Below are positions 36,218 to 46,519 of a stretch of DNA of 54,030 nucleotides, piece after piece. This DNA comes from Sphingomicrobium sp. (GTDB lineage: Bacteria > Pseudomonadota > Alphaproteobacteria > Sphingomonadales > Sphingomonadaceae). The first letter of the stretch is position 1. Each line of letters opens with the position of its first letter. The stretch spans positions 1 through 54,030 of the forward strand of contig JBDTXI010000142.1 of NCBI GenBank assembly GCA_040006255.1. The letters run 5' to 3'. The position numbers and the translations under genes were made by a program. The notes beneath the pieces are model-generated. The model worked only from the letters and a program-made list of their open reading frames with translations, was not told where the DNA came from and ran no database searches.

Positions 36218-37708
36218 ATGACCGAAGACGAAGCGCGTCATGTCGAACTGGTGCGAGCGGTCGAACTGGAGGACCGCCAAGCCACTCTGCTCACGCGAGA
36301 AGATCGAGCTCAGGCGGAAGCCCATGCCCGAAGCAAAAGTGCCCAAATCAAGGGCCCCCGTGCTGACGATACTTATATCGCCGCTCGCGCCGTCTTCGCT
36401 TCGGCTCGCCTTACAACGCGCCATCCCGGCGCTGCCCGGCTGCTCCGGCGCGGTCAGTGGCCACGCTGGCTCGGCGTCGGCTTACCGTCGGTCGCGCTAT
36501 TCGCGGGGCTCCTCGCGAATGAATTCGGGACCGGCAAGCGGCTCAACCTCCTAGCCGTCCCATTGCTAGTGACAATCGTGTGGAATCTCCTGATCTATGT
36601 GTTGCTGTTGGTTGCTGTGATCCGCCGAAGCAAGGACGACGACGGTAACCCGCTCTATCGAGCATTGCTCAGGGTTCAGGGACTCGGACGCGGTAATGCC
36701 GAGCACGGTCCCGCACTTCAGCGAGCTGGCTCGTCGTTCAGGGATCACTGGATGGTGGCGTCCGCACCGCTGACGCTCGCGCGCATCGAGCGGACGTTGC
36801 ACTTCGGTGCTGCATTGTTCGCCTGTGGCCTAATCGGCGGCATCTATTTCCGCGGACTGATTATCGAATACCGCGCTGGGTGGGAGAGCACTTTTCTTGG
36901 TCCGCAAGCGGTCCATACCTTGTTGTCGATCGTGCTCGGTCCGGCCAGCTGGGTGACGGACATAGCGCTTCCGTCGACGGGGGGCATTGCGGCCATGCGC
37001 TGGACGGGTCCGGAAACGGGCGGAGTCAACGCCGCGCCCTGGATAACGCTTTACGCCGTGACGGTGCTGGGACTGGTGATCGTGCCGAGACTGATGCTCG
37101 GCTCGTGGCAGGCGGCTCGCGCCTTTCATCTTGAGCGCCGCTTCCCGACATCGGGCCGGGGAGACTTCTACATCCGTCGTTTGCTTCGCAATGCTGGCGG
37201 TCGCCCTGGGCGGGCGCGGATCACGCCTTACGGCTATCACCCGGGGGATGAGACGCGACGGCGCCTGTCCGAAGTTTTGCGCAGTGCGCTCGGTGACGGC
37301 GCGGAAGTACGGTTTGATGAGCCTATCGATTACGGAGAGGAAGATAGTTGGGTAGCCGAGCACGTCGGTGCTCCGGACGATGATTATCACATACTGCTTT
37401 TCACCCTGTCGGCGACGCCTGAAGAGGAGAATCACGGTGCGCTTGCAGTCGCGCTGGCCCAGCGCATCGCGACCGAACGGCGGGGAACTGTCCTTGCCGC
37501 AGTTGTGGACGAGACTCCTTTTCGGGCCCGTTTCGCGGGGGATACCGGGCTCGAAGAGCGGATCACAGGCCGCCTCGCCGCCTGGGGACAGGCCCTTACG
37601 AATGCCGCGATTGTGCCGCTTGGCGTGGACCTGTCGCAGGAGGAGAATCGAAGTCTCGCTCAGCGCCTTGAGAGCCGTCTAATGCCTGACGGGGCGATGC
37701 GAGGGTGA
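36218..37708 (+). CDS. DUF2868-like membrane protein
   Basis: Several TM helices; LHFGAALFA.G...Y.RGL..EYRAGWESTFL; GLVIVPRL; GTGA overlap with the GTPase. Confidence 0.78.
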   Translation: MTEDEARHVELVRAVELEDRQATLLTREDRAQAEAHARSKSAQIKGPRADDTYIAARAVFASARLTTRHPGAARLLRRGQWPRWLGVGLPSVALFAGLLANEFGTGKRLNLLAVPLLVTIVWNLLIYVLLLVAVIRRSKDDDGNPLYRALLRVQGLGRGNAEHGPALQRAGSSFRDHWMVASAPLTLARIERTLHFGAALFACGLIGGIYFRGLIIEYRAGWESTFLGPQAVHTLLSIVLGPASWVTDIALPSTGGIAAMRWTGPETGGVNAAPWITLYAVTVLGLVIVPRLMLGSWQAARAFHLERRFPTSGRGDFYIRRLLRNAGGRPGRARITPYGYHPGDETRRRLSEVLRSALGDGAEVRFDEPIDYGEEDSWVAEHVGAPDDDYHILLFTLSATPEEENHGALAVALAQRIATERRGTVLAAVVDETPFRARFAGDTGLEERITGRLAAWGQALTNAAIVPLGVDLSQEENRSLAQRLESRLMPDGAMRG

Positions 37709-39168
37709 CTGATAGCGCTGCCTCAGCTGGTTCCGGCACGACCATTAACTTGAGCCTGATTTCCCACACCAATGCGGGAAAAACGACGCTCGCGCGGACT
37801 CTGCTCGGGCGGGACATTGGGGAGGTGCGCGATGCTGCCCACGTCACGGATCTTTCGTCCGGCCATGTTCTCGTTCAAAGCGGCGACGACACTCTCATGC
37901 TGTGGGACACCCCCGGCTTTGGCGATACTGCTCGATTGCTGTCGCGCCTGCGGATATCCAAAAACCCAATTGGCTGGTTCCTGTCACAAGTGTGGGATCG
38001 CTGGCGTGAGCGGCCACTCTGGTCAAGCCAGCAAGCCATCAAGAATGCGCGGGAAGAAGCTGACGTCATTCTGTATTTGGTCAATGCCGCTGAAGACCCG
38101 GCGTCTGCTTCCTACGTCCATTTGGAAATGGAAGTGCTCGCCTGGATCGGCAAGCCCGTCGTTTTCCTGCTCAACCAGATGGGCCCGCCGCGCGAGGGCG
38201 TGTCAAACGAGATTGCGCGCTGGCGGGGCATTGGCGCACCCGGGCAGGTTCGTGCAATCCTCCCTCTCGACGCTTTCGCGCGATGTTGGGTACAGGAAAT
38301 CGGCTTACTGGATACCCTTAAGCCGCTGCTCCCCCCGAGCAAGGCGAGCGCGATGGCGAGCCTCAGCCGCAAGTGGGAGGAGTTGAACCGTGCTCGGTTC
38401 GAGGCATCAATGGCCGTCTTAGCCCGTTATGTGCATCGCGCGGCACGCGATCGTGAGACGGTGGAGGAAGCGAACTGGCAGGGCAAAGTGGCGGCTGCGA
38501 TCACGGGGCGGTCAAAAGGTGATCGTGCCGCCCGGAAGGCAATGGGCGTGCTCGCCACCCGCTTGGCCGACTCGACCGCCAAGTCGACGGACGAACTCAT
38601 CCAGTTACATGGTCTCTCGGGTAAAGCGGCGTACAAGGTGCTCGAGCGAGTAAGCGACGATTACGCGCATCAGGCGAAAGCTCCGGAGGGCGCTAGTGCG
38701 GCGCTCGGCGGGCTCTTCTCCGGAGCCGTGGGTGGCCTCGCAGCGGACTTGGCGGCAGGAGGCCTGACGCTCGGAGGCGGAATGATCATAGGTGCGATCC
38801 TTGGTGCGCTTGGCGGAACCGGTGTCGCGAAGGGCTTCAACTTGGCGAGGGGCGACGAAAAGTCGAGCGTACGCTGGTCTGCCGAGCTGCTCGAGCGGCT
38901 GACTGTCACCGCCCTTCTTCGTTATCTTGCGGTGGCGCATTTCGGTCGCGGACGCGGGGAATGGGCAGAAGGCGAACATCCAAACTTCTGGCAGTCCGTG
39001 GTCGCCGAGGCGGTGACGGAGCGAAGAAGCGAGCTTGCCCGATTGTTGAAGACCTCAAGCGCACCGGGCGAGGGCGATGAAGCATCGCCGGCCGATTTGT
39101 CTGCTCTTGTGCGGCAGCTCGGGTCAACCATCCTCGCACACCTTTATCCCGAGGCGACACGAGCCTGA
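37705..39168 (+). CDS. DUF3482-type P-loop GTPase
   Basis: SHTNAGKTTLARTLL (G1), HVT, WDTPGF (G3), LLNQ; Gly-rich hairpin GGLAADLAAGGLTLGGG. Confidence 0.85.
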   Translation: MTDSAASAGSGTTINLSLISHTNAGKTTLARTLLGRDIGEVRDAAHVTDLSSGHVLVQSGDDTLMLWDTPGFGDTARLLSRLRISKNPIGWFLSQVWDRWRERPLWSSQQAIKNAREEADVILYLVNAAEDPASASYVHLEMEVLAWIGKPVVFLLNQMGPPREGVSNEIARWRGIGAPGQVRAILPLDAFARCWVQEIGLLDTLKPLLPPSKASAMASLSRKWEELNRARFEASMAVLARYVHRAARDRETVEEANWQGKVAAAITGRSKGDRAARKAMGVLATRLADSTAKSTDELIQLHGLSGKAAYKVLERVSDDYAHQAKAPEGASAALGGLFSGAVGGLAADLAAGGLTLGGGMIIGAILGALGGTGVAKGFNLARGDEKSSVRWSAELLERLTVTALLRYLAVAHFGRGRGEWAEGEHPNFWQSVVAEAVTERRSELARLLKTSSAPGEGDEASPADLSALVRQLGSTILAHLYPEATRA

Positions 39169-39248
39169 AGAGCGATCCTGGGACTCGGCGACACCGGCGC
39201 AAACCCCATCCGCTCAGATCTCGGTAACGGGGAAGCAGGGATTCCGGG

Positions 39249-39313
39249 GCTGCATCCCGCATGTTGCACTGCAACATTTCAAAAATGCACCGCGCTCCGG
39301 ACGTGAAATTCCC
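39249..39313 (+). repeat. ~90-bp repeat family, copy C (partial)
   Basis: GCTGCATCCCGCATGTTGCACTGCAACATTTCAAAAATGCACCGCGCTCCGGACGTGAAATTCCC. Confidence 0.85.
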
Positions 39314-39318
39314 TGCTC

Positions 39319-39525
39319 GATTTTGAAAATACGACCGTCATCGTGGTGTTCAACGGGCCAGAACACTACGTCCGAAAGTACTTGCCCGCGTCATTCGAGA
39401 GCCAACGATCATTGTCTCCAAATCAGATACGTGAAGCAGATGGAATGGTCCGCGACAACGAGCGCTTGAGCGCCGTCCTGCAATTCGAAACCACCACTCA
39501 TGACAAAACCGTGTTTTTGTCATGA
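39319..39525 (+). pseudogene. Possible orphan C-terminal gene fragment
   Basis: Lower-GC protein-like frame DFENTTVIVVFNGPEHYVRKYLP...QRSLSPNQIREAD beginning just after repeat C. Confidence 0.35.
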
Positions 39526-39528
39526 GTG
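39495..39528. repeat. Perfect 14-6-14 inverted repeat
   Basis: CACTCATGACAAAA-CCGTGT-TTTTGTCATGAGTG. Confidence 0.8.
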
Positions 39529-39619
39529 CTGACCCGGTGCTTACGGGCGAGTGCTTCGGCCCTCGCTTGCGGTGTGCCGGCGCGATGATTGGATGTTAGC
39601 AGCCCCTCGGGATGCACGC

Positions 39620-42160
39620 CTAGGGCTGCCTTGCTGTGGTTGTGAAACTCCGAAAGTGATCTCGCGCCTTGCGCAAATACTCCAACGTCGCCGCCCGCTC
39701 GCGTGAATTGCGGTAATCGTTGCGCGCTGACGCGTCGGCGATCACGCGATCGAGCCACGCGACGAAATATGCGGCGTCCCCCGGGTCAGGGGCCGGCGCG
39801 CTAGGCAGCTCCAGATAGATCGGGCTGGTGGTGGCATAGGGATAGATGTCGAGCACTTCAGGATCGGCGGCGTCATTCCATGCGCGCAACAGCAGCCAGC
39901 CGGCGGTATCCACGTCTAGGTCACCCTCGGCGTCGAACCTGCGCCGGTCACCCGTCAGCGCGAAGGCCTTCACAACTTTCCCATTCTCCACCATCTCGAG
40001 ATGCTTCATTGCGACGGGTGAGCGCAGCGCAACGCGGTAGTGAAGCCTGCCCGGGCTACCGCGCGAGATCACGTCGCCGGGGTGCTTGCCCTCGATGTCC
40101 AGGCCGAGCAGCGGACCGTTGCTCGCAAACGTCCGGCCAGCTTTCAGTGCGGCAAGCAGAGCCGCAGGGCTCATCTCGCCGCCCGTCTCTAGGAACACCC
40201 GGTTCATTCCGACGGGCCCGCGCAAGTCGGCATAATTGGCCATCGCGTCGGTCCCGGCGCCGGCGGGGATCCGGTAACCGAGGTTGAGTAAGCGGTACCA
40301 AACGTGCGCGGTCGATTTGTGATCGGAGAAGCCGACAATCTCCATGTAATCGACCTTGCCGTTGGCGACGTCCGCGGGAAGCTCGTTGGTGAGCGACTTC
40401 TCATTCGGCGGATCGATGTCGGTGTCGAAAGGATGCACGTAGCCGACCAGTGCGCCTTGCGAGTGCGCCAGGTCGGCAATCGCGCCGTTATCCGGATAGG
40501 AGCTGGGCAGAGGGCTGTTCCGATAGGCCGAGAAACCGGGCGTGAGATAATGGTCGGAAAGGCCCAGAAGTCCGAGGTGCCCCCAATAACTGGTGTGATA
40601 TTCCTGCGAGTGCAGGATCAATACATCGCTGCCGCTCGCCGGATCCGGGCCAGGCCGAAAGTACGCGATGTCGGGGACCCGCTCTTCCTTGTTGACGATG
40701 AGGTCATAAACGACATCGAGATCCTCTGCGCGAGCCTGCCGCGCCAAATTCTCGGGCGTGTTTCGGTAATGCCCACCGTAGTTCATGTGCACGTGCAAAT
40801 CGGCGCTGCGCCACCTCCCAAATGAAGCCGGCAGATCGTTCGACTGAAGGTTCACTGGCACCGTCTGATTGGCGCCGGCGACCAGCCTCACCGTCTGCCG
40901 CCACGGCAGGTAGCGAAAGCCCCGCTGCACCCATATGGCAGTGTCGCCCGCGGGTGCCTCGAGCGTGCAGCGCGACGGGCAATGGAAGTAATGCGTTTCG
41001 GTTGACTGAAGCGCTCGGTCGAACCCGTCATCGCCGTGCATCCAGGCAGCTTCGGGAGCAGCCGCCCGCCCGTCACTGTCGAGAACAGCGACGCGCGCAG
41101 GGATGCTTCGGCCTTGATCGTCGCGGATGTCGAGGGTGAGCTGTGCCTCCGGCAGCTTATATCGCCGCTTGCTCGCAATCACCGGCGTTTCGGCGCCACC
41201 CACAAAGTCGTGAAGCGTCAGGCTCGTATTGCCTTGCTCGTTGCTGATGAAAGCGAGGCGTTGGCCATCCGGAGACCAGCGGGCATTCCAGCGGTCGAAA
41301 TCGCCGAATGTCAGCGGCAGCGGCGCAGCGCCTGGCGTGGTCACCCACAACTGCCGCCACTGTCTGCCGTGATAGCTGGCGAAGAGCACCTGATGCCCGT
41401 CAGGCGAGGTCTCGGGCCTCGCGCTCCAGCTCGTTTCCTCGCTCAGCATTTTGCGGCGGTCTTTTGGATTATCGACGGTGATCGACCAGATGTCGCCGGT
41501 GCCCCAGGCGACCTCCCGGTTCGAGACGTACAGGATGCGCTTGCCGTCGGGACTCCATGACGGGTTCAGCACATGGTCCCACCGGGAATAGTAATAACGC
41601 GCGATCCTGCTCTGCCTGCCACCAATCAAGGGTCGCGGTTTGCGCAAGCCATCGGCATGGACGTCGGCAATGAAGAGGTTGAAATGACCGGTGCCTTGCG
41701 TCGACACCCAAGCGATGCGCTTGCCGTCGGGCGACAGCCGTGGCTCCACGTTAACCGCACCACCAGAGGTCAAGGCCTGCTCGCGACCGGTGCCGAGATC
41801 AAGACGCCAAAGCTCGATCGCCTTCCCGTCGTAGCGGCTGAACACGACGCCTTCGCCGTCGGCGGATACATCCGGCTGATAATCATAGGCGGCGCGCGGA
41901 TGCGTCAGCTCCACCGCTTCCTCCGAACCGATCGACTGGCGCCATAGCGATCCACCCATGCTGTAGATCAGCGCACGGCCGTCCGGCGTGAAGCTCACGC
42001 TTGAGGGACCGGTTGTCAGCTGAGGAATGTAGAGCTCGCGCCAATAGTAGCTGTGCGGCAGATCGACCTGCTTGAGCACCGGCTCCCGTCCGGCCGCTGC
42101 GGCGCCTCCCGCAGCCAAAAGGAACCCTGCGGACAGCGCACGTCGCAGCTTGCCTGTCAT
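39620..42160 (-). CDS. Secreted TolB/PD40-propeller + PHP-type (CehA/McbA-like) metallohydrolase
   Basis: Signal peptide; repeated P..SPDG; ADLHVHMNYGGHY, GYVHP, GAGTDA. Confidence 0.85.
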   Translation of the reverse strand: MTGKLRRALSAGFLLAAGGAAAAGREPVLKQVDLPHSYYWRELYIPQLTTGPSSVSFTPDGRALIYSMGGSLWRQSIGSEEAVELTHPRAAYDYQPDVSADGEGVVFSRYDGKAIELWRLDLGTGREQALTSGGAVNVEPRLSPDGKRIAWVSTQGTGHFNLFIADVHADGLRKPRPLIGGRQSRIARYYYSRWDHVLNPSWSPDGKRILYVSNREVAWGTGDIWSITVDNPKDRRKMLSEETSWSARPETSPDGHQVLFASYHGRQWRQLWVTTPGAAPLPLTFGDFDRWNARWSPDGQRLAFISNEQGNTSLTLHDFVGGAETPVIASKRRYKLPEAQLTLDIRDDQGRSIPARVAVLDSDGRAAAPEAAWMHGDDGFDRALQSTETHYFHCPSRCTLEAPAGDTAIWVQRGFRYLPWRQTVRLVAGANQTVPVNLQSNDLPASFGRWRSADLHVHMNYGGHYRNTPENLARQARAEDLDVVYDLIVNKEERVPDIAYFRPGPDPASGSDVLILHSQEYHTSYWGHLGLLGLSDHYLTPGFSAYRNSPLPSSYPDNGAIADLAHSQGALVGYVHPFDTDIDPPNEKSLTNELPADVANGKVDYMEIVGFSDHKSTAHVWYRLLNLGYRIPAGAGTDAMANYADLRGPVGMNRVFLETGGEMSPAALLAALKAGRTFASNGPLLGLDIEGKHPGDVISRGSPGRLHYRVALRSPVAMKHLEMVENGKVVKAFALTGDRRRFDAEGDLDVDTAGWLLLRAWNDAADPEVLDIYPYATTSPIYLELPSAPAPDPGDAAYFVAWLDRVIADASARNDYRNSRERAATLEYLRKARDHFRSFTTTARQP

Positions 42161-42879
42161 GCTTCCGCCCCCGCCGCTTGATGGCGCGTCCGCACGGTTA
42201 AATTCTCGATCCGCTTCTGGTTGATCGTGCTCTTCACAATTCGATCGACGTAGATGCCGGGCGTGTGCACGCAGTCGGGATCGATCGTGCCGGCGGCGAC
42301 CAGCTCCTCGGCCTCGACGACCGTCACTTCGCTCGCCGTCGCCATAACGGGATTGAAGTTTCGAGCGGTTTTGCGGAACTGGAGGTTGCCGTGCGGGTCC
42401 GCGCGCCACGCCTTGATGATCGCGAGGTCCGCTCGAAGCCAGGTCTCGCGGACATAGACCTGCCCGTGAAATGACTCCTGCGGCTTGCCCTCCGCGACCA
42501 CCGTTCCGACACCCGTCCGCGTGTAGAAAGCGGGGATGCCTGCGCCGCCGGCGCGAATCCGCTCCGCCAGTGTGCCCTGAGGGTTGAATTCGATCTCGAG
42601 CTCGCCGGCGAGAAATTGCTGCTCGAAGAGCTTATTCTCGCCGACGTAAGACGAGATCATCCTGCGGATCTGCCGTGTCTCGAGGAGCTCCCACAGCCCA
42701 AAGCCGTCCGCACCCGCGTTGTTTGAAATGACCGTGAGGTCCTTCACACGGGACGCCCTAATCTCGGGGATGAGGCTTTCGGGATTGCCGACGAGCCCGA
42801 ACCCGCCCGACATGATCGTCATCCCGTCCCAAAGCAGGCCCTGAAGAGCCTCGTTCGGGGAAGCGAAGATCTTGTTCAC
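42157..42879 (-). CDS. CoA-transferase subunit A (ScoA/AtoD-like)
   Basis: GMTIMSGGFGL.G.PE, ISNNAG, ISSYVGENK, PQGTLAERIRAGGAGIPAFYT. Confidence 0.92.
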   Translation of the reverse strand: MNKIFASPNEALQGLLWDGMTIMSGGFGLVGNPESLIPEIRASRVKDLTVISNNAGADGFGLWELLETRQIRRMISSYVGENKLFEQQFLAGELEIEFNPQGTLAERIRAGGAGIPAFYTRTGVGTVVAEGKPQESFHGQVYVRETWLRADLAIIKAWRADPHGNLQFRKTARNFNPVMATASEVTVVEAEELVAAGTIDPDCVHTPGIYVDRIVKSTINQKRIENLTVRTRHQAAGAEA

Positions 42880-44450
42880 AGCGCGCCGAAGATCGTATGG
42901 CTCTGTTCGCGCATGAATTGCGGGACGTACCAACTGCCGAGACCGCCCTTGCCAGTCGTGCCGGAGCCCTTCCAGCCGCAGAATGTCTGGTAACCCGGCC
43001 ACGCGCCCGTCGTCGCCCCGCTCGCCCGGTTGGCATAGAGGACTCCCGCCTCGATCCCGGTCAGAAAGCGATCGAGCTCTTCTTGCTCCTGCGAGTAAAG
43101 GCCGGCAGTCAGGCCGAAGGCGCTTCGGTTCGCGTCCGCCATCGCGTCGTCGAGGTCATCGAACGGCAGCACGCTGACAAACGGCACAAACAGCTCGTCG
43201 CGGTTGACGCGGTGATCGTTAGGCAGACCGGTGACAATCGTGGGCTCGACATATGGACCGTGGTCGCACCCCCCGCCTGAAAGCCGGCGGCCTCCGCGGA
43301 TGACGGAACCAGCAGCAGCCGCGCTCGAGAAGCGGTCAACCGCAGCCTCGTTGATCACGGGACCCATGAACACGTCGCGCCGACGAGGGTCGCCGACCAC
43401 TAGCCGATCGGTCGCATCGACCAGCGCAGCGATGAAGTCGTCAAAAATCCCGAGCGCGACATAGGCTTTCGAAGCAGCGCTGCATTTCTGCCCGGACAGA
43501 CCGAATGCCGACCGCGCTACGCCCGTTGCGGCTACGACTAGGTCGGCGCTCTCCGCGACAAATGTCGGGTTCTTGCCGCCCATTTCCGCGAGCACAGGGC
43601 GCATAGCTGTTGCCGATGCTGCGTGGCGGAGGATCGTCATGCCGGCCGCATTGGACCCGGTGAAAGCGACACCGTCTACACGCGGGTGCCGCACCAGCGC
43701 CTCGCCAGTCTCGGACGCGCCGTAGACGAGGTTGAGAACGCCGTCGGGCAAGCCGCCCTGAACCAGCGCCTCAACGACGAGCCGGCCGGTGAGACCGGCA
43801 GCATCGCTTGGCTTGAACACCACCGTGTTGCCGGCGACGAGGGCCGCGGAAATCATTCCGAGCGACAGCGCGACCGGGAAGTTGAACGGCGCGATCACGG
43901 CGAACACGCCATAAGGGCGCAGCACGACGCTGCACCGTTCGGCGGAAGTCGCGCCCGGCCGCTCCTCGCCAAAGCCGCCGTTGCGCTCCATCTCGGCGCA
44001 ATAATGGCGAATGAGGTCGATCGCTTCCTCGACCTCGCCGACGGCTTCGAGCCGCGATTTGCCCACCTCAACAAGACAGGCGACCGACACGTCCCACTTG
44101 CGCTCCTCGAGGACGTCCGCACCCGCGCGGAGCAGCACCACGCGTCTTTCCCAGCCGATGTCTCGCCAGGCCGGAAACGCGGCGCGAGCTGCGGCCACGG
44201 CTTCGTTCACTACCGCGGCGTCAGCCTGCGGAAACTCGCCAAGCACGATGTCGCGGTCGATCGGACTTCGCGCGGCAACGACATGGCCTTCCGTCCGGTC
44301 ACGGCCGCCAATTAGAGCCGGCCGGCTCTTGCCCAGCAGCCGCGCCTGGGCCGCGGGAATGAGCTCGTCGAGATGCGCGTGGATTCCGGAGAAATCCTCG
44401 CCGGTGTTCGAGTAAGTGACTCGAGGCAGGCTTGTTTGCACTGCCGTCAT
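42876..44450 (-). CDS. Aldehyde dehydrogenase (P5C-dehydrogenase-like)
   Basis: IAPFNFP, AFTGS, AEMGGKNP, GQKCSA, ELFVP. Confidence 0.92.
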   Translation of the reverse strand: MTAVQTSLPRVTYSNTGEDFSGIHAHLDELIPAAQARLLGKSRPALIGGRDRTEGHVVAARSPIDRDIVLGEFPQADAAVVNEAVAAARAAFPAWRDIGWERRVVLLRAGADVLEERKWDVSVACLVEVGKSRLEAVGEVEEAIDLIRHYCAEMERNGGFGEERPGATSAERCSVVLRPYGVFAVIAPFNFPVALSLGMISAALVAGNTVVFKPSDAAGLTGRLVVEALVQGGLPDGVLNLVYGASETGEALVRHPRVDGVAFTGSNAAGMTILRHAASATAMRPVLAEMGGKNPTFVAESADLVVAATGVARSAFGLSGQKCSAASKAYVALGIFDDFIAALVDATDRLVVGDPRRRDVFMGPVINEAAVDRFSSAAAAGSVIRGGRRLSGGGCDHGPYVEPTIVTGLPNDHRVNRDELFVPFVSVLPFDDLDDAMADANRSAFGLTAGLYSQEQEELDRFLTGIEAGVLYANRASGATTGAWPGYQTFCGWKGSGTTGKGGLGSWYVPQFMREQSHTIFGAL

Positions 44451-46519
44451 GGCGCTACTCTCAAGCGGCCGGACTCGATCATCGGCAGTTCGCGGGGCGT
44501 CAGGCCTTCGGGCGCTTCGTCAAGCTCGCGAGCCCATTTATGGCCGGAGTAAACCGCTTGTTGAATGGTGCTCGGCGCGAGACAATCGCCGATCCGCGCA
44601 AGCGATATCATGCCAATCCCCTCCCATTGATCGCGTAATTGTTCATAGAGGCTGTCGACAGGCAAGCGCGCCGTCACCGTGATCAGCGCGGCAGCAGAAA
44701 GCTCCGTCTCGGCACCCGTCAGGGCATTCACCAGCTGCACCGCACCGTTCCGGAAGCCCACAACATTCGTGTACGGAATTACGTCGATCCCAAGGCGCGC
44801 AAGACGTTTCGCGATCGGCAGCGCCTCGAGCGTGTTCACGGTCCACGCCGAAACGATCGGCGCGGCGGTAACGACCGTGACCTCCAGGCCGGCATTGCGG
44901 CACAGCTCGGCGAGCACTCCGCCGAAGTAATAATGGTCGTCGTCCCACACGACCACCGGACCTGCATTAGGGACACGGCCGGACATGAGATCGTCGGGCG
45001 TGTAGACCGACGGGCCGTCGAAGCCCGGCACTGGAAAGCCGGACTCCCGGCCGACGCCGTCGCCGCGCCAGAGGGCGCCAGTGGCGATGGCGACGTGGCG
45101 CGCGCCGAACTCGATCACATGCCCCGCCTCGAGTTTGCTGCCACGATAGATCGAGACGTTCGCCATCCGCTCCAGCTGCGTCACTCGCCAGTCGCGCACG
45201 CGCGCCCATTCGGACAGTCCCGGCAGTCGGCTTTCGCGGCTGACTCGGCCGCCCAGCTCGTCGCCGGCTTCGGCGAGGTGTACCTCATAACCGCGCCGCG
45301 CGGCGGACAGTGCCGCCTCAAGTCCCGCTGGACCTGCGCCAACCACCAGCACCGACCCTTCCGATTTCTTCGGCGGGATGATTTCGGGATGCCAGCCGCG
45401 TCGCCATTCCTCGCCCATCGTCGGGTTCTGCGTGCAGCGCAGGTTGGTCGACGTGTAATCGCTCGACACGCACATGTTGCAGCCGATGCACTCGCGGATC
45501 TCGTCGATCCGCCCCTCTTCGATCTTCTTGGGCAGAAAGGGGTCGGCGATCGATGGCCGCGCCGCGCCGATGAAGTCCATGACGCCCCGCCTGATCTGCG
45601 AGACCATCGTGTCCGGCGAGGTAAAGCGGCCGACGCCCACCACCGGCTTGCTCGTCACCTGTTTGACGAAGCGCGTATATTCCTCCTGAAATCCTTCCTT
45701 GGCGAAGCGCGACGTCTGGCTGTCGTTCGGCCAGTTGGAAATGTTCACGTCCCAGAGGTCGGGCAACTCGGCGAGCATTTCGATCACGTCGCGCGCCTCG
45801 CCGTCATGGGTGAGCCCGGCGTCGCCAATCAGCTCGTCAGCCGCGAAGCGGACAGCAACAGCGCAGCGGTCACCCACGGCGTCCTTGGTGTCCTCGATCA
45901 GCTCGCGCAGGAGACGCGCGCGGTTCTCGAGGCTTCCGCCATATTCGTCGGTGCGGTCGTTCCTGCGGCGCTGAAGGAACTGGTGCGCGATCGACAGGTC
46001 GTGGGTCGCATAGACGTAGACCACGTCGAACCCGGCCTTCTTCGACCGCAGGGCGGCATCGCGGTGCCACCTACGCAAGTCGCGGATGTCCTGCTTGTCC
46101 ACGGCCCGCGCCTGCACCGGGGAATAATATATGATCGGCCGATGCGAGGGTCCGATGGGCGCCATGCGCGTGCCCCAGTTCGCGACCGACGCGCCGTGAT
46201 GCATGATCTCGATAGCCGCTAACGCGCCGTGCTCGTGCACCGCGTCGGCCATCAAAGCGAAAGCGGGAATGTCGCGATCGTCCCACAAGCGCCCCTCGTG
46301 AAAGGGCTCGCAATCGGCGCTCGGATGGATCTCGGTCTCCTCCGTCGCGACGACTGCCCATCCACCCTCAGCCTTGATTCCGCGCAGCCGCGCGAGCGTC
46401 TCGGGTTGAGTCCAGCCGATGCCGGTGCAGTGCGGCACCTGATAGAAGCGATTGCGCGCGGTCACGGGGCCGATTCGAACCGGTTCAAACAGAATGTCGT
46501 AGCCGGGATCGCGAGTCAT
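44447..46519 (-). CDS. Histamine/trimethylamine dehydrogenase-family flavin Fe-S enzyme
   Basis: NRFYQVPHC (FMN-linked Cys position), KAEGGW, RECIGCNMC...C (4Fe-4S), VVGAGPAG. Confidence 0.9.
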   Translation of the reverse strand: MTRDPGYDILFEPVRIGPVTARNRFYQVPHCTGIGWTQPETLARLRGIKAEGGWAVVATEETEIHPSADCEPFHEGRLWDDRDIPAFALMADAVHEHGALAAIEIMHHGASVANWGTRMAPIGPSHRPIIYYSPVQARAVDKQDIRDLRRWHRDAALRSKKAGFDVVYVYATHDLSIAHQFLQRRRNDRTDEYGGSLENRARLLRELIEDTKDAVGDRCAVAVRFAADELIGDAGLTHDGEARDVIEMLAELPDLWDVNISNWPNDSQTSRFAKEGFQEEYTRFVKQVTSKPVVGVGRFTSPDTMVSQIRRGVMDFIGAARPSIADPFLPKKIEEGRIDEIRECIGCNMCVSSDYTSTNLRCTQNPTMGEEWRRGWHPEIIPPKKSEGSVLVVGAGPAGLEAALSAARRGYEVHLAEAGDELGGRVSRESRLPGLSEWARVRDWRVTQLERMANVSIYRGSKLEAGHVIEFGARHVAIATGALWRGDGVGRESGFPVPGFDGPSVYTPDDLMSGRVPNAGPVVVWDDDHYYFGGVLAELCRNAGLEVTVVTAAPIVSAWTVNTLEALPIAKRLARLGIDVIPYTNVVGFRNGAVQLVNALTGAETELSAAALITVTARLPVDSLYEQLRDQWEGIGMISLARIGDCLAPSTIQQAVYSGHKWARELDEAPEGLTPRELPMIESGRLRVAP

